Origin: Girardia tigrina
Lineage: Eukaryota
Reading direction: 5' to 3'
Assembly (NCBI GenBank): GCA_001938485.1
Contig: MQRK01175358.1
Span: 1-50,448 of the forward strand
Length of the DNA: 50,448 bases
Shown here: in pieces, positions 1 to 13,921 of the stretch
Numbering within the stretch: the stretch's first letter is position 1
Layout: every line of letters starts with the position of its first letter
Translations under genes and position numbers: made by a program
Notes under the pieces: generated by a model
What the model saw: only the letters and a program-made list of their open reading frames with translations
Database searches by the model: none
What the model was told of the DNA's origin: nothing

Positions 1-1477
1 ATAATGCATAAAAATTCATCATTGTTATAATCGAAAGCATCTACTTAAGTGCGAGCAATTAAAAATTTCCTGATTTTAAAGAATAATTGCTCAGATACTG
101 AGAAGATAATATATTACTTAAAATTTGCCTTTCACTCCTTTTTACAAAATACGCTTTCAAAGAATAAGATTTTATTAAACTGTAACAAATTATCGGACCG
201 TGCCTTCCCTCAATTGTGNNNNNNNNNNNNNNNNNNNNNNNNNNNNNNNNNNNNNNNNNNNNNNNNNNNNNNNNNNNNNNNNNNNNNNNNNNNNNNNNNN
301 NNNNNNNNNNNNNNNNNNNNNNNNNNNNNNNNNATAATTGAAAACTGAGGGTACACTAAAATTGTCTTTTCTGACCCAGAAAAGTTATTTTGTCCTTTTG
401 AGTGCATTATGAAAAGTGCTTAGTATTTTTTTTAAAATTCTGTTATTACATAACAAATTAAATTAAAATTTTTTGAATAATTTCTTTGAATAATCAATTC
501 GGTTCATTGATTTGACTCGAACATATTCTCTCCCTTGAACCGAAGTTATAATAATAATATCAATTATAATATCAACACATAATCAATCAATAGGCCGTAA
601 ACAATCAAAGGAATATAATTGAATATGAAAGTCTGCAGAAAACCATAGCTTTTCTTTGTTTTATAAGAGAAAAGGTCGAGTCAGACATCGATCACCGCAT
701 CATTCGAAAATGCTACACGAATTTTGTGGAGCGATGCAATCTGTGTTTGCAGAAAAATGGTGAACGTTTTGAACAATTATTGTAAAACCTTTTTCTTTTC
801 ATGTCTTCAAGTTGTACTGCGTAAAAAACCATGTCGTAATACATTTATATCATATTCAAAAAGTTGTACATTACATCGCAGTATAGTTCCATATCTTGAG
901 ACGACGACTTATGAATCGCACGGTATATTCAAAAAGTTAAATTGTTGGTTTTTTTCACCAGTTGACAAAGTATGTATGGGAAAATCTAATTGGAAAGTTA
1001 GTGTTGTGATAAACCTAGTAGAGATGAGATAGACACAATGACAAAATTTTGAATTCATATGAAAAACTATTTATAATTGAAACTTGAAGTTAGACAAACC
1101 GTTTAGACAGAGTTTTGCTCTCATGCGAAAAATATTAATAGATTGATATTAAAGTATAGGAATTTCTATGGATTCGACATTAGACTTTGGAACAGAACAA
1201 TCAATTATTGATACACCAATTCCAAAATATATGATTCAGTCACTATCGTTTCTCAAATTAGTCGATTATCCTTTGTGTTTCATAAAGAATTTAACTCAGA
1301 TTGCTACTCAATTATATACAGTGTGCTCCACAAAAGATGTATGTTACTAGTTAGACGAATGGGATAACAGTTTTATGTCGTAGATTAAACACAGACTTTT
1401 CACAACTTTTCCTGATTTTAATCATAAGATGATAATGATTTCGGATGTCAGTTTTTCACCAATTAGGTGTTTAAAGT

Positions 1478-2009
1478 TGTGAGGAATATGTTAAATTTGT
1501 TATGTTGAAATTTGTTTGTTGAATTTTGTATGTTGAGTTATGTAGTATTTGGAAATGTATTTCTCCGACCCAGGTGGAAAATTGATATTTTACATGTTCA
1601 CGATAAATCATATTAAAATATAATTTGCATTTTAAAGTACAACATAACATATTTAAAAACATTAAAAATATTAAATCGTTTCAAATTTTCATATTAAAAT
1701 TTAAATAAAGTAAATAGTTTTAACTAAGTTTTGAATTAAATAAATATTCTTTCTTTCCATAAAATAATTTTTAAATTAAATTAATATGTAAATAAAATTA
1801 TTACTAAAATTACAAAATTTGAACTTTAAAAATAAAATCTGAAAATAATGAAAAATTTGTTAGAATAGTTGTTTATTAAAAAACATTAACTAAAAGTTAT
1901 CAATTTAGAACGATGTCGAATGACGAGAGTTTTGCTGAGAGTTGTGCAAAAGACAATTCTAATTGTATTGAAAATAAAAGTTCGAAAACCCATGTTGGTG
2001 TTCTTAATA
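1478..2009 (+). repeat. 5' LTR (TGT...AATA)
   Basis: Direct repeat of 6244-6775. Confidence 0.92.
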
Positions 2010-2761
2010 TGGCGACACACAACCACGTGATTCCGAACATCAGAGGTCCGGAAATTTTTGATGGATCAGAAACAAAAGGTGAGGCATTCATAACGAGCTT
2101 TAACAGGTATGCGAAGATAATGGGATTTTCAGAGGAGAGGAAAATCTTATTAGCAACACCATATATGACTCCGGTTGTCATAATAAAATATAAAGCAGCG
2201 GCAGGTGAAACATGTGAAGAGAAACTAAGATCTGCATTTCCAAAGGAAAAAACTATTCTGGATCTAATGAAGGAACTGGTAGAAATGAGAATTGGATCCA
2301 GCAATCCAACAGTAATATTTAGAAAGGCTGACGAAATTATTGAAAAGTTAACTGAGAAAAAGTTAGGTAAAAAGGAACTATCAAATTTGGTCTACGCTAA
2401 TCTGATAGATGACGAGAACGTACAGAAAGAAATAGCTGTTAGAGGTGTCAAGAAATCTGAAGAGATTGAAGANNNNNNNNNNNNNNNNNNNNNNNNNNNN
2501 NNNNNNNNNNNNNNNNNNNNNNNNNNNGCATATAACACGAAAAGAGAAAATGAATGGAGAACAGTGCAAAATAAAAAAAGAACACCAAGGCCACAGAACG
2601 AGAAATTTATAGAACAAGAGACAAGAAGAAATTTTAAAGTTCGAAAAATTACCTGTTGGGCATGCCACGAAAAAGGGCATGTTAGAAGAGAGTGCCCAAA
2701 CGTGAAGTGTAATCATTGTAATGGAAAAGGGCATTTAAGAACAGTGTTATCTAAAGCATAA
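1913..2761 (+). pseudogene. gag: Gypsy gag with CCHC zinc knuckles
   Basis: CWACHEKGHVRREC, and CNHCNGKGH whose end is frameshifted. Confidence 0.85.
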
Positions 2762-3091
2762 TAGGTTTAGGGAGCGTGATTAATGGAAAAGGGATAATGG
2801 AAATAATCGATTTAACAACGGGCAAAATTACTCGAATCAACGGTATAGAGAACGGCCAACATACACGAATAGGAAATACCCAGTAGCAGAAGTGGACGAA
2901 CTAGATGATGAATTGTACATAAGAGAAGACTTTAGAAAAGGGGAATATTCTGAAGGAACGTATAGAAAAGATGGCAAAAGACTGGAATATCCTGTAGGTA
3001 ACAGAAAATTCAGGAATGATCAGGGAAACGAGGACGCACGATCACAGGGAGAAGTGATCAGTGTGCTACAATAGGAACTCAATGTAGGTGT

Positions 3092-6000
3092 ATGATTGAT
3101 TGTATGTATGAATGTGTTTGTGATTGTATGTTTGATGATGTGTTTGAAAATATTCCTCTGGAGATGTGTAGATTAGATAATGAACCTGAAGAAGACGATG
3201 AAATATGTGCTAATATGGATATAGAAAATGAGAAAAAAATAAAAAAGAATGCTGAAGATGTATTGATATTACCAAAGTTTAACATAAATTATAAAGAATT
3301 GAAATGTAGACCAAGTATAGAGTTCCGAATAAAGAATAAAAATGTCAATTGCCTGTTAGATACAGGAGCTCGAGTCAACGTTATTAAAACAGAGATAATT
3401 AAAAATATGAAAGATGTCAAGATCAAAGAAACTAAAAGACGAATACATTGTGCGAATGATTCAGAACTTATAAACTATGGTATTGTTCAACTTAAAGTGA
3501 TAATTGAAAGAATGCAGAAAACAGTGGATTTCTTTGTGGTCAAAGATTTAGATCCAGAAATGATTGCAGGAATAGATTTCTTGGATAAATTCAAGATTAA
3601 GTTAAAGAGAGAACCATCAAATACTAATGAGTTACTGGTAATACGAAACAATCCATCAAACGAGGATAGACTTAAGAGAATAAAAGAGCTATTTGAAAAC
3701 AAAATTGACAACCAACTAATGGAACTTTTAACAGAATTTAAATCAATATTTACGGCCGACAAATGGGATATTGGAAGGACGTCACTGACAAAACACAAGA
3801 TCGAAACGCATGGAGAACCAGTTTTAGTGAAACCTTATCGACAACCAAAACATTTCGAGGAAAAACTGGACGATATTATTAGAAATTATGAAGAAATCGA
3901 TATTATAGAGAAATGCAGTTCACCGTGGAATTTCCCTCTAGTTTGTGTTTGGAAAAAGGAGAAACAGGACATTCGAGTGTGTGTAGATTTACGGCAATTG
4001 AATAAAATCACCGTTAGACCTGCATTCCCAATGCCGAATGTTGAGGAAATGCTGAATACACTAAATGGAGCAAAGTATTTTAGCACAATCGATTTAGGAA
4101 ACGCATACCACCAAGTGGAACTTGAAGATGAACCAAAAGTCAAAACAGTATTTTCAACAAAGGATGGTCAATATTGTTTCAAGAGAATGCCTATTGGAAT
4201 TGCAGCGGCACCAGCAACGTTTCAAGAACTGATGGTAAGAGTTTTGGGTGAATTAAATTGGAAAGAGGCAGTTGTGTATTTAGACGATATTTTAATTTTC
4301 GCAAAAGACAAGNNNNNNNNNNNNNNNNNNNNNGAACACGTATTTAGTAAAATAAAGCAATCGGGTCTGAGAATTAATCCAGATAAATGTCACTTTTTGG
4401 TTGAAAAGACAAAGTTTTTGGGATATGTGATCAGCAGAGATGGCATAGAAACTGATCAGACAAAGATTGATGCGACAAGTTTCAGAATCCTTCATGTGTA
4501 AAACATTTGAAAAGCTTTTTAGGTTTAACGAACTATTACAGAAAATTCTTAAAAGATTATGCAAAGTATTCAAATGTATTGGAAGGACTATGCTGAAAGA
4601 ATAAAGAAAAAAAGCTAATATGGACAGAAGAATGCAACGAAGCGTTTCAAAAATTAAAGGAAAAGATGATCAATAAACCAATACTAGCATACCTAGATTT
4701 CGGAAAAGAATTCATATTTGACACGGACGCTAGTTTTACACCATTGGCGCGGTGCTATCACAGAAAGATATATATGGAAGAGAGAGTGAATGCATATGGA
4801 TCCCACAAAATGAACAAACATGAATTGGGATACTGTATTACGAGAAAAGAACTGCTGGCAATCTACTATTTTACACAACACTTCAAGCACTATCTGTACG
4901 GCAAGAAATTTCTATTAAGAACGGATCATAAAGCCATTACCTTTATGATGACGACAAAGAACCCAATCACTCCGAAATTTCAAACTTGGATAAACTTTCT
5001 AAGTGGGTTGGATATGACAATGGAATACCGAAAGGTGAAATACACTCTAACGCTGATGCAATGTTGAGAAATTCCTGTGAAATGTGTGTATAATGTCAAA
5101 CTATACATGAGGAAGCTAAGAAGGGTAAAGTTAAAACAAGAATCCTAGCGTTAGACGATGAATCCAAAGGATTCAAATGGCAGAAAGATAATGACGAGAT
5201 AAAACATATTAGATTAGATATCAAAACTGGGAAAACAAAGAAATGGTTGCTGAAAGATGATATCGTAAGGACAATGGATAACAAATACTGTATTCCGAAA
5301 GGTAAAAGGACTGAATTCGTGGAAGAAATACACAAGATGCTGTGTCACACTGGTAGCAAGAAAGTTTAATTATTTGAAAGATGATTTCGATATGGAAGAT
5401 ATGAGAAAAACGAAAAAGGAAATTGTGCAAAGTTGTATGAATTGTCAGAAAAGAAAGACCCTAATAACAAAAACAAAAGAGAAACATATTAAACAATCTG
5501 CTGATGAACCATTCCAAAAAATATATATGGATTTCTGCGGACCTTTTAAAAGAAATATTAATGGATGTCAATGCATACTAGCGATAATCGATCAATTAAG
5601 CAGATATATCAGTTTGAACGCAGTAGCTCATCAAGACGAGAAAACCGTGCGAAAGGTATTACTAGACAAATGGATTTTGAAATACGGACCACCAAAAGAA
5701 ATCCATGTCGATAGAGGAAAAACAATCGAATCAGCCCTTTTTAAAGAAACAGCAAATAGATTTAAAGCTGAGATAGTATATTCCAGTCCTTACCACCACA
5801 ATACCAATGGGGTTGTTGAGAGATAATTCAGAACAATTAGGGATGCCATGAATATACGGATGAAAGACGAGGTCCACAAAGATTGGACGGAAACCCTGCA
5901 GAAATAGAGTTTATGCTAAACAGCACAATTCAGGCAACCACAGGGATATCTCCAGCAGAAATAATTTTTGGTAGAAAACTAAGACATTGGTGGAAATACA

Positions 6001-6235
6001 GCGATGGAAAAAGATATGTCGAGAAGGAAATGAATAAAAGCACGATACAGACGAAACGAGTATTCCGAATTGGAGATAAAGTGCATATAAAGAAAGAAAA
6101 TGTAACGAAGGATGAGGATCGATACATGGATACAGTCACAATAAAGAACCGACGACATGAAAGAGGTTACGAGATATAATTAGATGATGGTAGCATATTG
6201 ATCAGAAATGTGGAATGGCTAAAACCATTTAAATA
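3092..6235 (+). pseudogene. pol: Gypsy pol (protease, RT, RNase H, integrase), several frameshifts and stops
   Basis: LLDTGA; RT YLDD; DTDAS and RTDHKA; integrase YMDFCGPF, HVDRGK, YHHNTNGVVER. Confidence 0.93.
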
Positions 6236-6243
6236 GACGGGGA

Positions 6244-6775
6244 TGTGAGGAATATGTTAAATTTGGTATGTTGAAATTGGTTTGTTGAATTTTGTATGTT
6301 GAGTTTAGTATTTGGAAATGTGTTTCTCCCATCCAGATGGAAAATTGATATTTTAGATGTTCACGATAGATAATTATTCGAGTATAATTTGCATTTTGAA
6401 GTACAGCATAAGATATGTAAAAACTTTAAAAATATTAGATCGTTTCAAATTTTCATATTAAAATTTAAATAAAGTAAATAGTTTTAACTAAGTTTTGAAT
6501 TAAATAAATGTTCTTTCTTTCCGTAAAATAATTTTTTTAAATAAAATTAATATGTAGATAAAATTATTACTAAAATTACAAAATTTGAACTTTAAAAATA
6601 AAATCTGAAAATAATGAAAAATTTGTTAGAATAGTTGCTTATTAAAAAACATTAACTAAAAGTTATCAATTTAGAACGATGTCGAATTACGAAAGTTTTG
6701 CTGAGAGTTGTCCAAAAGACAATTCTGATTGTATTGAAAATAAAAGTTCGAAAACCCATGTTGGTGTTCTTAATA
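6244..6775 (+). repeat. 3' LTR (TGT...AATA)
   Basis: Direct repeat of 1478-2009, followed by TSD AAAGT. Confidence 0.92.
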
Positions 6776-7199
6776 AAAGTCATTTACAAAATAATATTTC
6801 GAAACGAGTATTGGCTTATAGATCACGAAATCTGAGTGATCACGAAAATTGTTACTTAGGTGACAACTTTTAAATCCTCTTAAGTTTGATAAGAGATTCC
6901 AAAAAGTATTCGATTTTGCAAATGCATATAAAATGCAAAAATATGCAAAAACAAATTTCTAGGATAGAAGAATTACTGTTTTTACAATGACTTATGAAAC
7001 ATATGGTAGTTAAAGCTATAAAGAGTAAGGTTAAATACTAGTTTATCCAAAAGGTTCTGTTACAGCTACACGAAATATTATTTTTTCCCATAAATTACTT
7101 AATAAAACAACTACTTATTAACAATTATTTTTTAAAACAAATATTTATTAACAACAAAAATAAACTATTACTCAAAGTATAGTTCATAGTTTTATAAAA

Positions 7200-7480
7200 T
7201 TTTGCACAAGCTTTTATAACATCATTAAATGATTCACATCGAGGACCTTTCAACTAAGTGCTACATCGATCGGAAAGACCGTTGATAGATCGTGAAACAT
7301 TTGAGTTGTATACTGGATATGGCAAAAAAATATCGTCAAACTTCTCTAACGTCGCCCTAGTTATCTTGGTGGTGTGTGATTTTTCATTGTCCTGCTGAAA
7401 CAAAACGCACTTTTGATGAATCAAGGTGGAATACTTGTTTCGTGATGAAAATTGATGTTTGTGTTCTTGGATTTACAATG
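7200..7480 (-). mobile_element. Degenerate mariner transposase C-terminal fragment
   Basis: VLFQQDNEKSHTTKIT...LPYPVYN resembles QHDNARPH...HPPYSPDL. Confidence 0.55.
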
Positions 7481-8306
7481 TTAAATTGAGATAAAAAAGC
7501 TAAATTCATCTACTATGAAAAATGAAGTGCGCGACAGCAATCTAGAAATATCGATCATGGCGATCTGAAAAGAAGTATGGTGAAAATGTCGAGTTGGCTG
7601 AGTCCTTACTCTTACAAGTCCATCAACAACGAACGTCTTTGAAATTAAAATGCATGCAGAAGGAAAGCCAAGAAACGGAAGAACAGAAAGATCCGTAGAA
7701 ATCAATATCAATAAAAAACGGCACCAGCGTCAGTAATCAATCAACTTCAATATGGACGGCAAACGATGATACGACATTGTCAATCTGTAAATCCGTAACG
7801 ATTGAATCAACAAAAGAACACGAATACATCAGTGACACATGCGCACACCGCATCACAAAAATCAACTCTGAATTCAGTTCTATTGAGTTAACTATTATTA
7901 TTATTATTCACTTATTAATTTTTATTCAATATGAATTGTGATTACAATTTGGTAGAAGTTATTTTTAATCACATGTTTTTTTCTAGTGAAAAAATTCGTT
8001 TTATTTGTATGATAATTTTAATATGAGTTCGATGACAATTGTCTAATTTTTGTAGATTTTTTAATTCTATGATTTTGATTCTCAAAAAAGTAATCAATTC
8101 GAACTTTTTTCTCAAACTTTTAGTCTATTAATAAAATTTGAAAATAATACGGAATGTTTCACCGAAAAAACCTCTGGTTTTATTTTGTACTCTTAATTTC
8201 AATATACGTTTAAAAATCGATTGTTTAAAAATAATTAATATTAAAATTGTAAAGAATCTCGATTGTTTTAATCGAAAAATTTAATCAATAAAATTTTGCG
8301 GAAATT

Positions 8307-10090
8307 TTGTTTTTTTTTGTTTACCGCACGAAATTGGAAAATATTTTACTTACAAAAATCGGTTTCAAAAATTTAGAAAGATATAATAAAAGCCAAACTG
8401 GAGAAAACTCGAAAAATATGCAATTCATTCAATATCGATTTGATTCTGTGTTAAATATGATCGCTAAAGATAAATTGAATAAAGAAGATATTCGAACCGA
8501 TTATGAGAAATATAAAATAATCGCGAAATTATCGTTCGATTTATACATCGATTACGAATACTACAGAGAGTTTTCGATCAAGAATCAATCAGACTTCAAA
8601 AATTGTTCTGAACAATTAAGAAGTCTCGGATACGAATTGAAAGAAAGTGATGAATGGGTAAATGTGCGGAAACCGAATATTGATGCAATTATCGATCAAA
8701 TATTCTTGAGTCATTTGTGTCGATCGATAGTATCGAAATGTAAATACTGTGATTCAATCACTCTTGATGATCAGTCGATATGCGATAATTGTTTGAATAT
8801 ATCCAATGAAAAGAAAGTAAAGACGACTGTAAAAAGAAATGGTAAATGTGAATCATTAAATCTTGAGGTATTTAGACAGATTGAATGTGAAATATGCGGA
8901 GATACAGAGAAAAATGCTGTTCGATCTGCAGTAATCTGTTTGATGATATAGCCGAAAGCTCTTCAAGATCACAAAACAAAAAGAGAAGGTCAAAATGCAG
9001 GAATAAAAATGATAAAAATAGATCCAATAATCTTGAGAGGTCATCCAATTATCAGAATCATCCGCGCTTGGGTAACGGTAATAAAATAGTTATAAATGAA
9101 GTTTCAAAATGTAATAAATGTGGAAGTGATAAAGAGATAATCGATGATGGAATGTGTGGAGACTGTTTCGCTGTTCGGTACAATGACTGGGTTTGTCCGT
9201 ATCAATTTTGTAAAAAGATAAATATTGTGAATCGTGCGGAATCGAGAGATCATCAGAAATGATTGTCGGTGTTCCAATATGGCGGTGTAAGAATCATACC
9301 CGCGATCAAATATGGATTTGTGAAAAATGTAAAATTATTAATAAATTTGGTGAAGTTTGTATACGATGCGGAATCGCCATACATAAATCATTGAAGACAA
9401 ACAAGATCCAATTGGTTACCGACGCAAAGGAAATCAGAGTTTACTGTCAATCGAATATCAATCTTCACGGTAAATGGAAGTGTGACATTTGCAAGTTGAT
9501 TAATGATGTCTCCTCTCGGTGGTGTGAATGTTGTGGGAGAGAGAGAATGATGAAATGGAGTTGTTCTCTGCGCTTCAATAAATGAGGCCTTTAGTGGTCG
9601 GTGCGATGTGTGCCGAGTGATCAATGAGAAAAAGTACTGCCTTCAATATGGATGGAGAGAATTAAATAATAAAGGATTGTGTGACCACTGTGTTCTCATT
9701 GACAATTATGGTACTAATGGTTTTTATCGATTAGATAAAATCATGTGGATTTGCTTTGATTGTGGAAAAATCAATGAATGGGAGGATATAAAATGTAAGA
9801 ACGTGTTCATCTGTGACGCCTTTCAGGACGGCCATNNNNNNNNNNNNNNNNNNNNNNNNNNNNNNNNNNNNNNNNNNNNNNNNNNGATGATTGCTCCACG
9901 TTGCCCGTGCGCTGCGGCCATAAAACTGCTGCGCATTGATAGCACGATCACTCGGAAAAAGTTCAAAGGGCTTTTAAAGTTCCACAAAAGTAACACAAAT
10001 CATGATCTTTTTGGCAAATCGATCTTGAAACAAAAAGATTTGGCGTTACTTGATCTAGCAGAACCAATTGTTTATTTCGATCTAGATTGA
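8307..10090 (+). pseudogene. Intronless, frameshifted Cys-rich ORF with tandem RanBP2-type zinc fingers
   Basis: WICEKCKIIN..CIRC, WKCDICKLIN..CECC, WSC/LCASIN..CDVC and WICFDCGKIN motifs across overlapping ORFs. Confidence 0.65.
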
Positions 10091-10589
10091 CCAGATAACC
10101 CATTTTTCATCAGAAGTCACGATATTTAACAGAATTGGTCGTTAATTGAAATGTTGAGCTATTCTTTATAAATTTTACCTCTTTGCAACTTGGACTTCGG
10201 TGAACTCGTTAGGATAATGGTATGGCTTCTTGTAATCAAAATCCAACTTTAAGTTCAGATACCAAAACTAGAGTACTTGATGATTATTTTGCGTCCAGAG
10301 CAGCTTGCAAGACTTTTAATTTTGTAAACCAGGATGAGTTTATGCTTAAGAGATATGTTACTAAATTTAGATCTCTTTTAACAACTTGACACGGTAATAT
10401 GACTAACAGCTTCTTTGTTTTCTTCATCAAGTCTCCTTTTTAGTATCTATTGTTGAAAAATTTTATTTCCAGTAATAGCAAAGTTCGAATTTATCGATTG
10501 AAATTTGATTATCAATTGTAAATGATTTATTAAAAATGTTGGAGTTGTCCACTAAATAATTTTATTTTCGTAAAATTTGTCTTCCGAAT

Positions 10590-10815
10590 TCAGTAATTTC
10601 CATGTTTAATGACTTTTATGTGGACGACATTTTTGACGCCGATTGTATTGTAAATCAAAGCCATTCTGCAAAACAGAAAACTCATCCTTTGAAACAGAAT
10701 AATTTCTATTTTTACAATGTAACAAATGTTCAAGAACCGTACTTTTTCGACTTGATTGAGAATGCTCACTAATTTGGGTTTTGAGATGATGATTTGTCTC
10801 TCCAATGAGACAGTC
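10590..10815 (-). mobile_element. Degenerate GIY-YIG endonuclease fragment (Penelope-like)
   Basis: LIGETNHHLKTQISEH...STVLEHLLHC...DEFSVL, comparable with YIGETSRHLCKRIKEH near 43610. Confidence 0.6.
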
Positions 10816-10898
10816 GGGGATCCGTCACGAATTGAATCTGGTTGCCTGGAATGTTGAGGTTCTCTACGACTATTTTCTGTGTTATTTGTTGTACTGGT

Positions 10899-11827
10899 TT
10901 ATGCTGGTGTCATTGTCGGTTCTCCAATTTCTTTTGTCTCCTCCAATTTATGATCCAGGTTGAGGTGCCTGGTCAGCCACCTTTTCGTTTTGTACGACTT
11001 TTTACATAGTGTACATTGGAATGGTAATTGCCGTTGTTGTGTCTCTTTATGATGATCAATAGTATTGCTTTCACTATAATCCATCACTCAATTTTCAATA
11101 TCTCTCACTATAATATGAACTATACTTCAGAAAAATATTTTATTAAAAAATATTTAATTTAAATTTTATTGGCTTAAATAAAATATTTCTATAGCTATTT
11201 TTAAACAATAATTTGATTTTAATTATTTAAAAATTTACAGAAATAAAATCAATAAAATTATTTAAAAGTTGCAATAATAAAAATTAAAAATTTGAATATT
11301 AAATCTAAATTTGAATAAATTAGTTTCAGAATATAAGAATTAAAATATTGATCATCCATCTGGTTAGAAGAGGCACAATCCCAAATCAACACACAACATT
11401 TAAACATACAAACACACCCCATATTCCTCACAATGTGTATGTTCAAATCCTTCTTTTCGGCAAACTCCTTGTAGCATCTTTATACTGGACATTGGTGACT
11501 TTTTTCTCTCTCGTTGATCAGCTTCGGCACAGTTGTCCTTGTCCTATTGAGTCTTCTTGGTCGAATTAAGGAATTTATGTATGTTTCCCTCGATACAGTA
11601 GGGTATCTGAGAATGATGCGGTTAATGAAATCCTCATACACCGCATAACCCCAAAATAGCCACTGTATATCTACTCGAAGGCATTCCGAGATTGATTGCT
11701 TCTTTCTTCCACTGATCTTTTTACCCATTTGTATTTTTCTCCTCCAGATTCGTTTCAGTGTCTCGTATTCCTCTGAAGTTTCCGTCTTACTGTGGAAAAT
11801 AAGCCTTTTACTCGCGATAATATCCAT
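10899..11827 (-). pseudogene. C2H2 zinc-finger ORF remnant interrupted by an LTR
   Basis: HQCPV*RCYKEFAEKKDLNIHI before the LTR and FQCTLCKKSYKTKRWLTRHLNLDH after it. Confidence 0.5.
11045..11432 (-). repeat. Partial solo LTR, related Gypsy family
   Basis: Begins TGTGAGGAATATG; homologous to 36958-37345. Confidence 0.75.
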
Positions 11828-12242
11828 GGTATGTGGGAGTCCAATGTCCAGGATGTCCTAATGGATCTTTTCAATCTTGTGTTTCTTCCTAACTCTGTGC
11901 GTGCATAATCCATATACATAATTAGCATAAATTCTTATCTCATACAAAAATCAGTCTAAGTAACAGAGTGTAGAATCTACTTTATATTCCATGATAGATA
12001 TTCTAGTCCTTAATGAAGCAGTTCAGATTCGTTCTTAATGTTATATTCTCGCTGAATATGAAAAAACATAGTTCCATTATTATGAATCATTTTGAAGTGT
12101 TATTTGAACAGAAACTTGTTACAAATAGAATATTCGATCGAATGCAACAATCTCCGTTAGGAATGGAATAAAAAATCGATACAAAAAATAGTAAAGTATC
12201 TTTAAATCTATTACAAATGCTGGATGATCAACAAATAATGTC

Positions 12243-13921
12243 GGTGACCCGACAAATGCGCGCACAAAAAGGAAAGGATCAATTGCTTTATGAAGGGTAT
12301 AGATATCGTTGTGACAAACAAAGAGGAGATGGATCATCTTCATGGAGATGTGTCAAGCGAGAGTGTGCTGGAAGAATGACGATAGAAACTTATGGTTCAG
12401 TACTGAATATTACTGATCATATACATGCTTTAGACAATTATACGAATGAAATTGAAAACAATCAAATCGAATATACGTAAGCGCGCTGTGAACAGCGTTG
12501 AAAAACCTCGACAAATTATTTTGGATATTACAACAGGAGTTCCGCTGGAAGCAGCTCACCTATTGCCGTTATATTTATCAATTCAAAGATGCATACAGAG
12601 GAGAGTTGATATTAACAATCCCAGACCAAAATCTGTTCAAGACATCATTATTCTTGAAGATATGAAAGTAACAACACGTTCAGAAAATTTTATTATTTGG
12701 GACTCCGGTGAAGAAGACACAAATAGAATCTTCATGTTTGGTACATCAACGAACTTGGAGTTGTTGGAGCAGTATCCCCACTTGCTTATGGAAGGTACGT
12801 TCAAAGTAGCTCCAGAAGTATTTATACAGATATTTACTATACATGCTTCAATCGACAATCGGTCAATTCCCTTCATTTATGTCCTAATGAGAACAAAAAT
12901 GCAGTTTGACTATGAACGGATTTTCCTGAAGTTGACAAAAGAAATATGTTCAATCACACCTACCAGTGTTTTGATAGATTTTGAATTAGCCTGAATGAAT
13001 GCATTGTCTTTTTTGTTTCCCGATGTTATGATATTTGGTCGTATATTTCATCTTGGGCAATCTTTGTGGTACCGAATACAGAACAAAGGCTTATATAACC
13101 TTTATCGTAACGACGAAAACGTAAAATTATATATAAAAATGCTGATAGAACTAAACTTTGTTCCCCCGGAAGATGTTGGGGCAGCATTTGATGACTTGAA
13201 TAACAGTAGGCCTGAGTGTCTTGAAGATATTTATAATTACTGGGAAGATAACTATATTGAGTGCTTGTGACGCAATCGATGTGGTCAACCTCTGTTTCCT
13301 ATCACTATGTAGAATATGCGAGAACGTGCTGCTGGAGGTTTGCCTCGAACTAATAATTCAGTTGAGGGTTGGCATAATGCATTTCAGTCATCTGTTGATT
13401 GTCATCATCATACAATTTACACATTGATCGATTATTTCCGTCGTAAACAAGACTTGACAGAACAAACTAAGTCGTATATTTAGTGGCATTTCTAATTATC
13501 CAAACTGCAATTATTCCTATTCATAATGGACGTGAATTTAGGGAGTATTTGCACGTAGTAGCTCTTAATATTGACGTTTAGATTGTCTCTTTTAGATAAT
13601 TGTTTAATTGATAATAAATTTGTGTTTTTTATCTTTTTTCAGTATATTAAATTAATATTGGCATTAAGATTGATATTGACATTAAATATTTCTAATATAT
13701 TTTAAATAAATCATTACAATAAAATCTAATACTTATAATTTGACAATGACTCAAAATATCTTTAGCAATAAGTAAATAATAATAAAAATTTTTCTAAAAA
13801 ATCTATTAATTTTATAATTCAAAAATATCTTTAATTTTAAGTAATTAAAAAAGTTTTGCAATCCCCTTTTAGCACATTTGTCGAGCGCGTTTTTGTCGGT
13901 GCGCGCATTTGTCGGGGTATT
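12243..13921 (+). mobile_element. Mutator/MULE DNA transposon (FLYWCH + MULE DDE, decayed, 5'-deleted)
   Basis: TIRs acccgacaaatgcgcgcac / gtgcgcgcatttgtcggggt; near-perfect 9-bp TSD AATAATGTC/AATAATGTT; FLYWCH-like YEGYRY..WRC; MEGTFKVAP, IDFELA, FHLGQS and PRTNNSVEGWHN motifs. Confidence 0.9.

Larger units (their letters stand above)
1478..6775 (+). mobile_element. Full-length decayed Ty3/Gypsy LTR retrotransposon
   Basis: LTRs 1478-2009 and 6244-6775, 5-bp TSD AAAGT, PBS-like TGGCGAC at 2010, purine tract before 6244, gag-PR-RT-RH-IN order. Confidence 0.95.
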
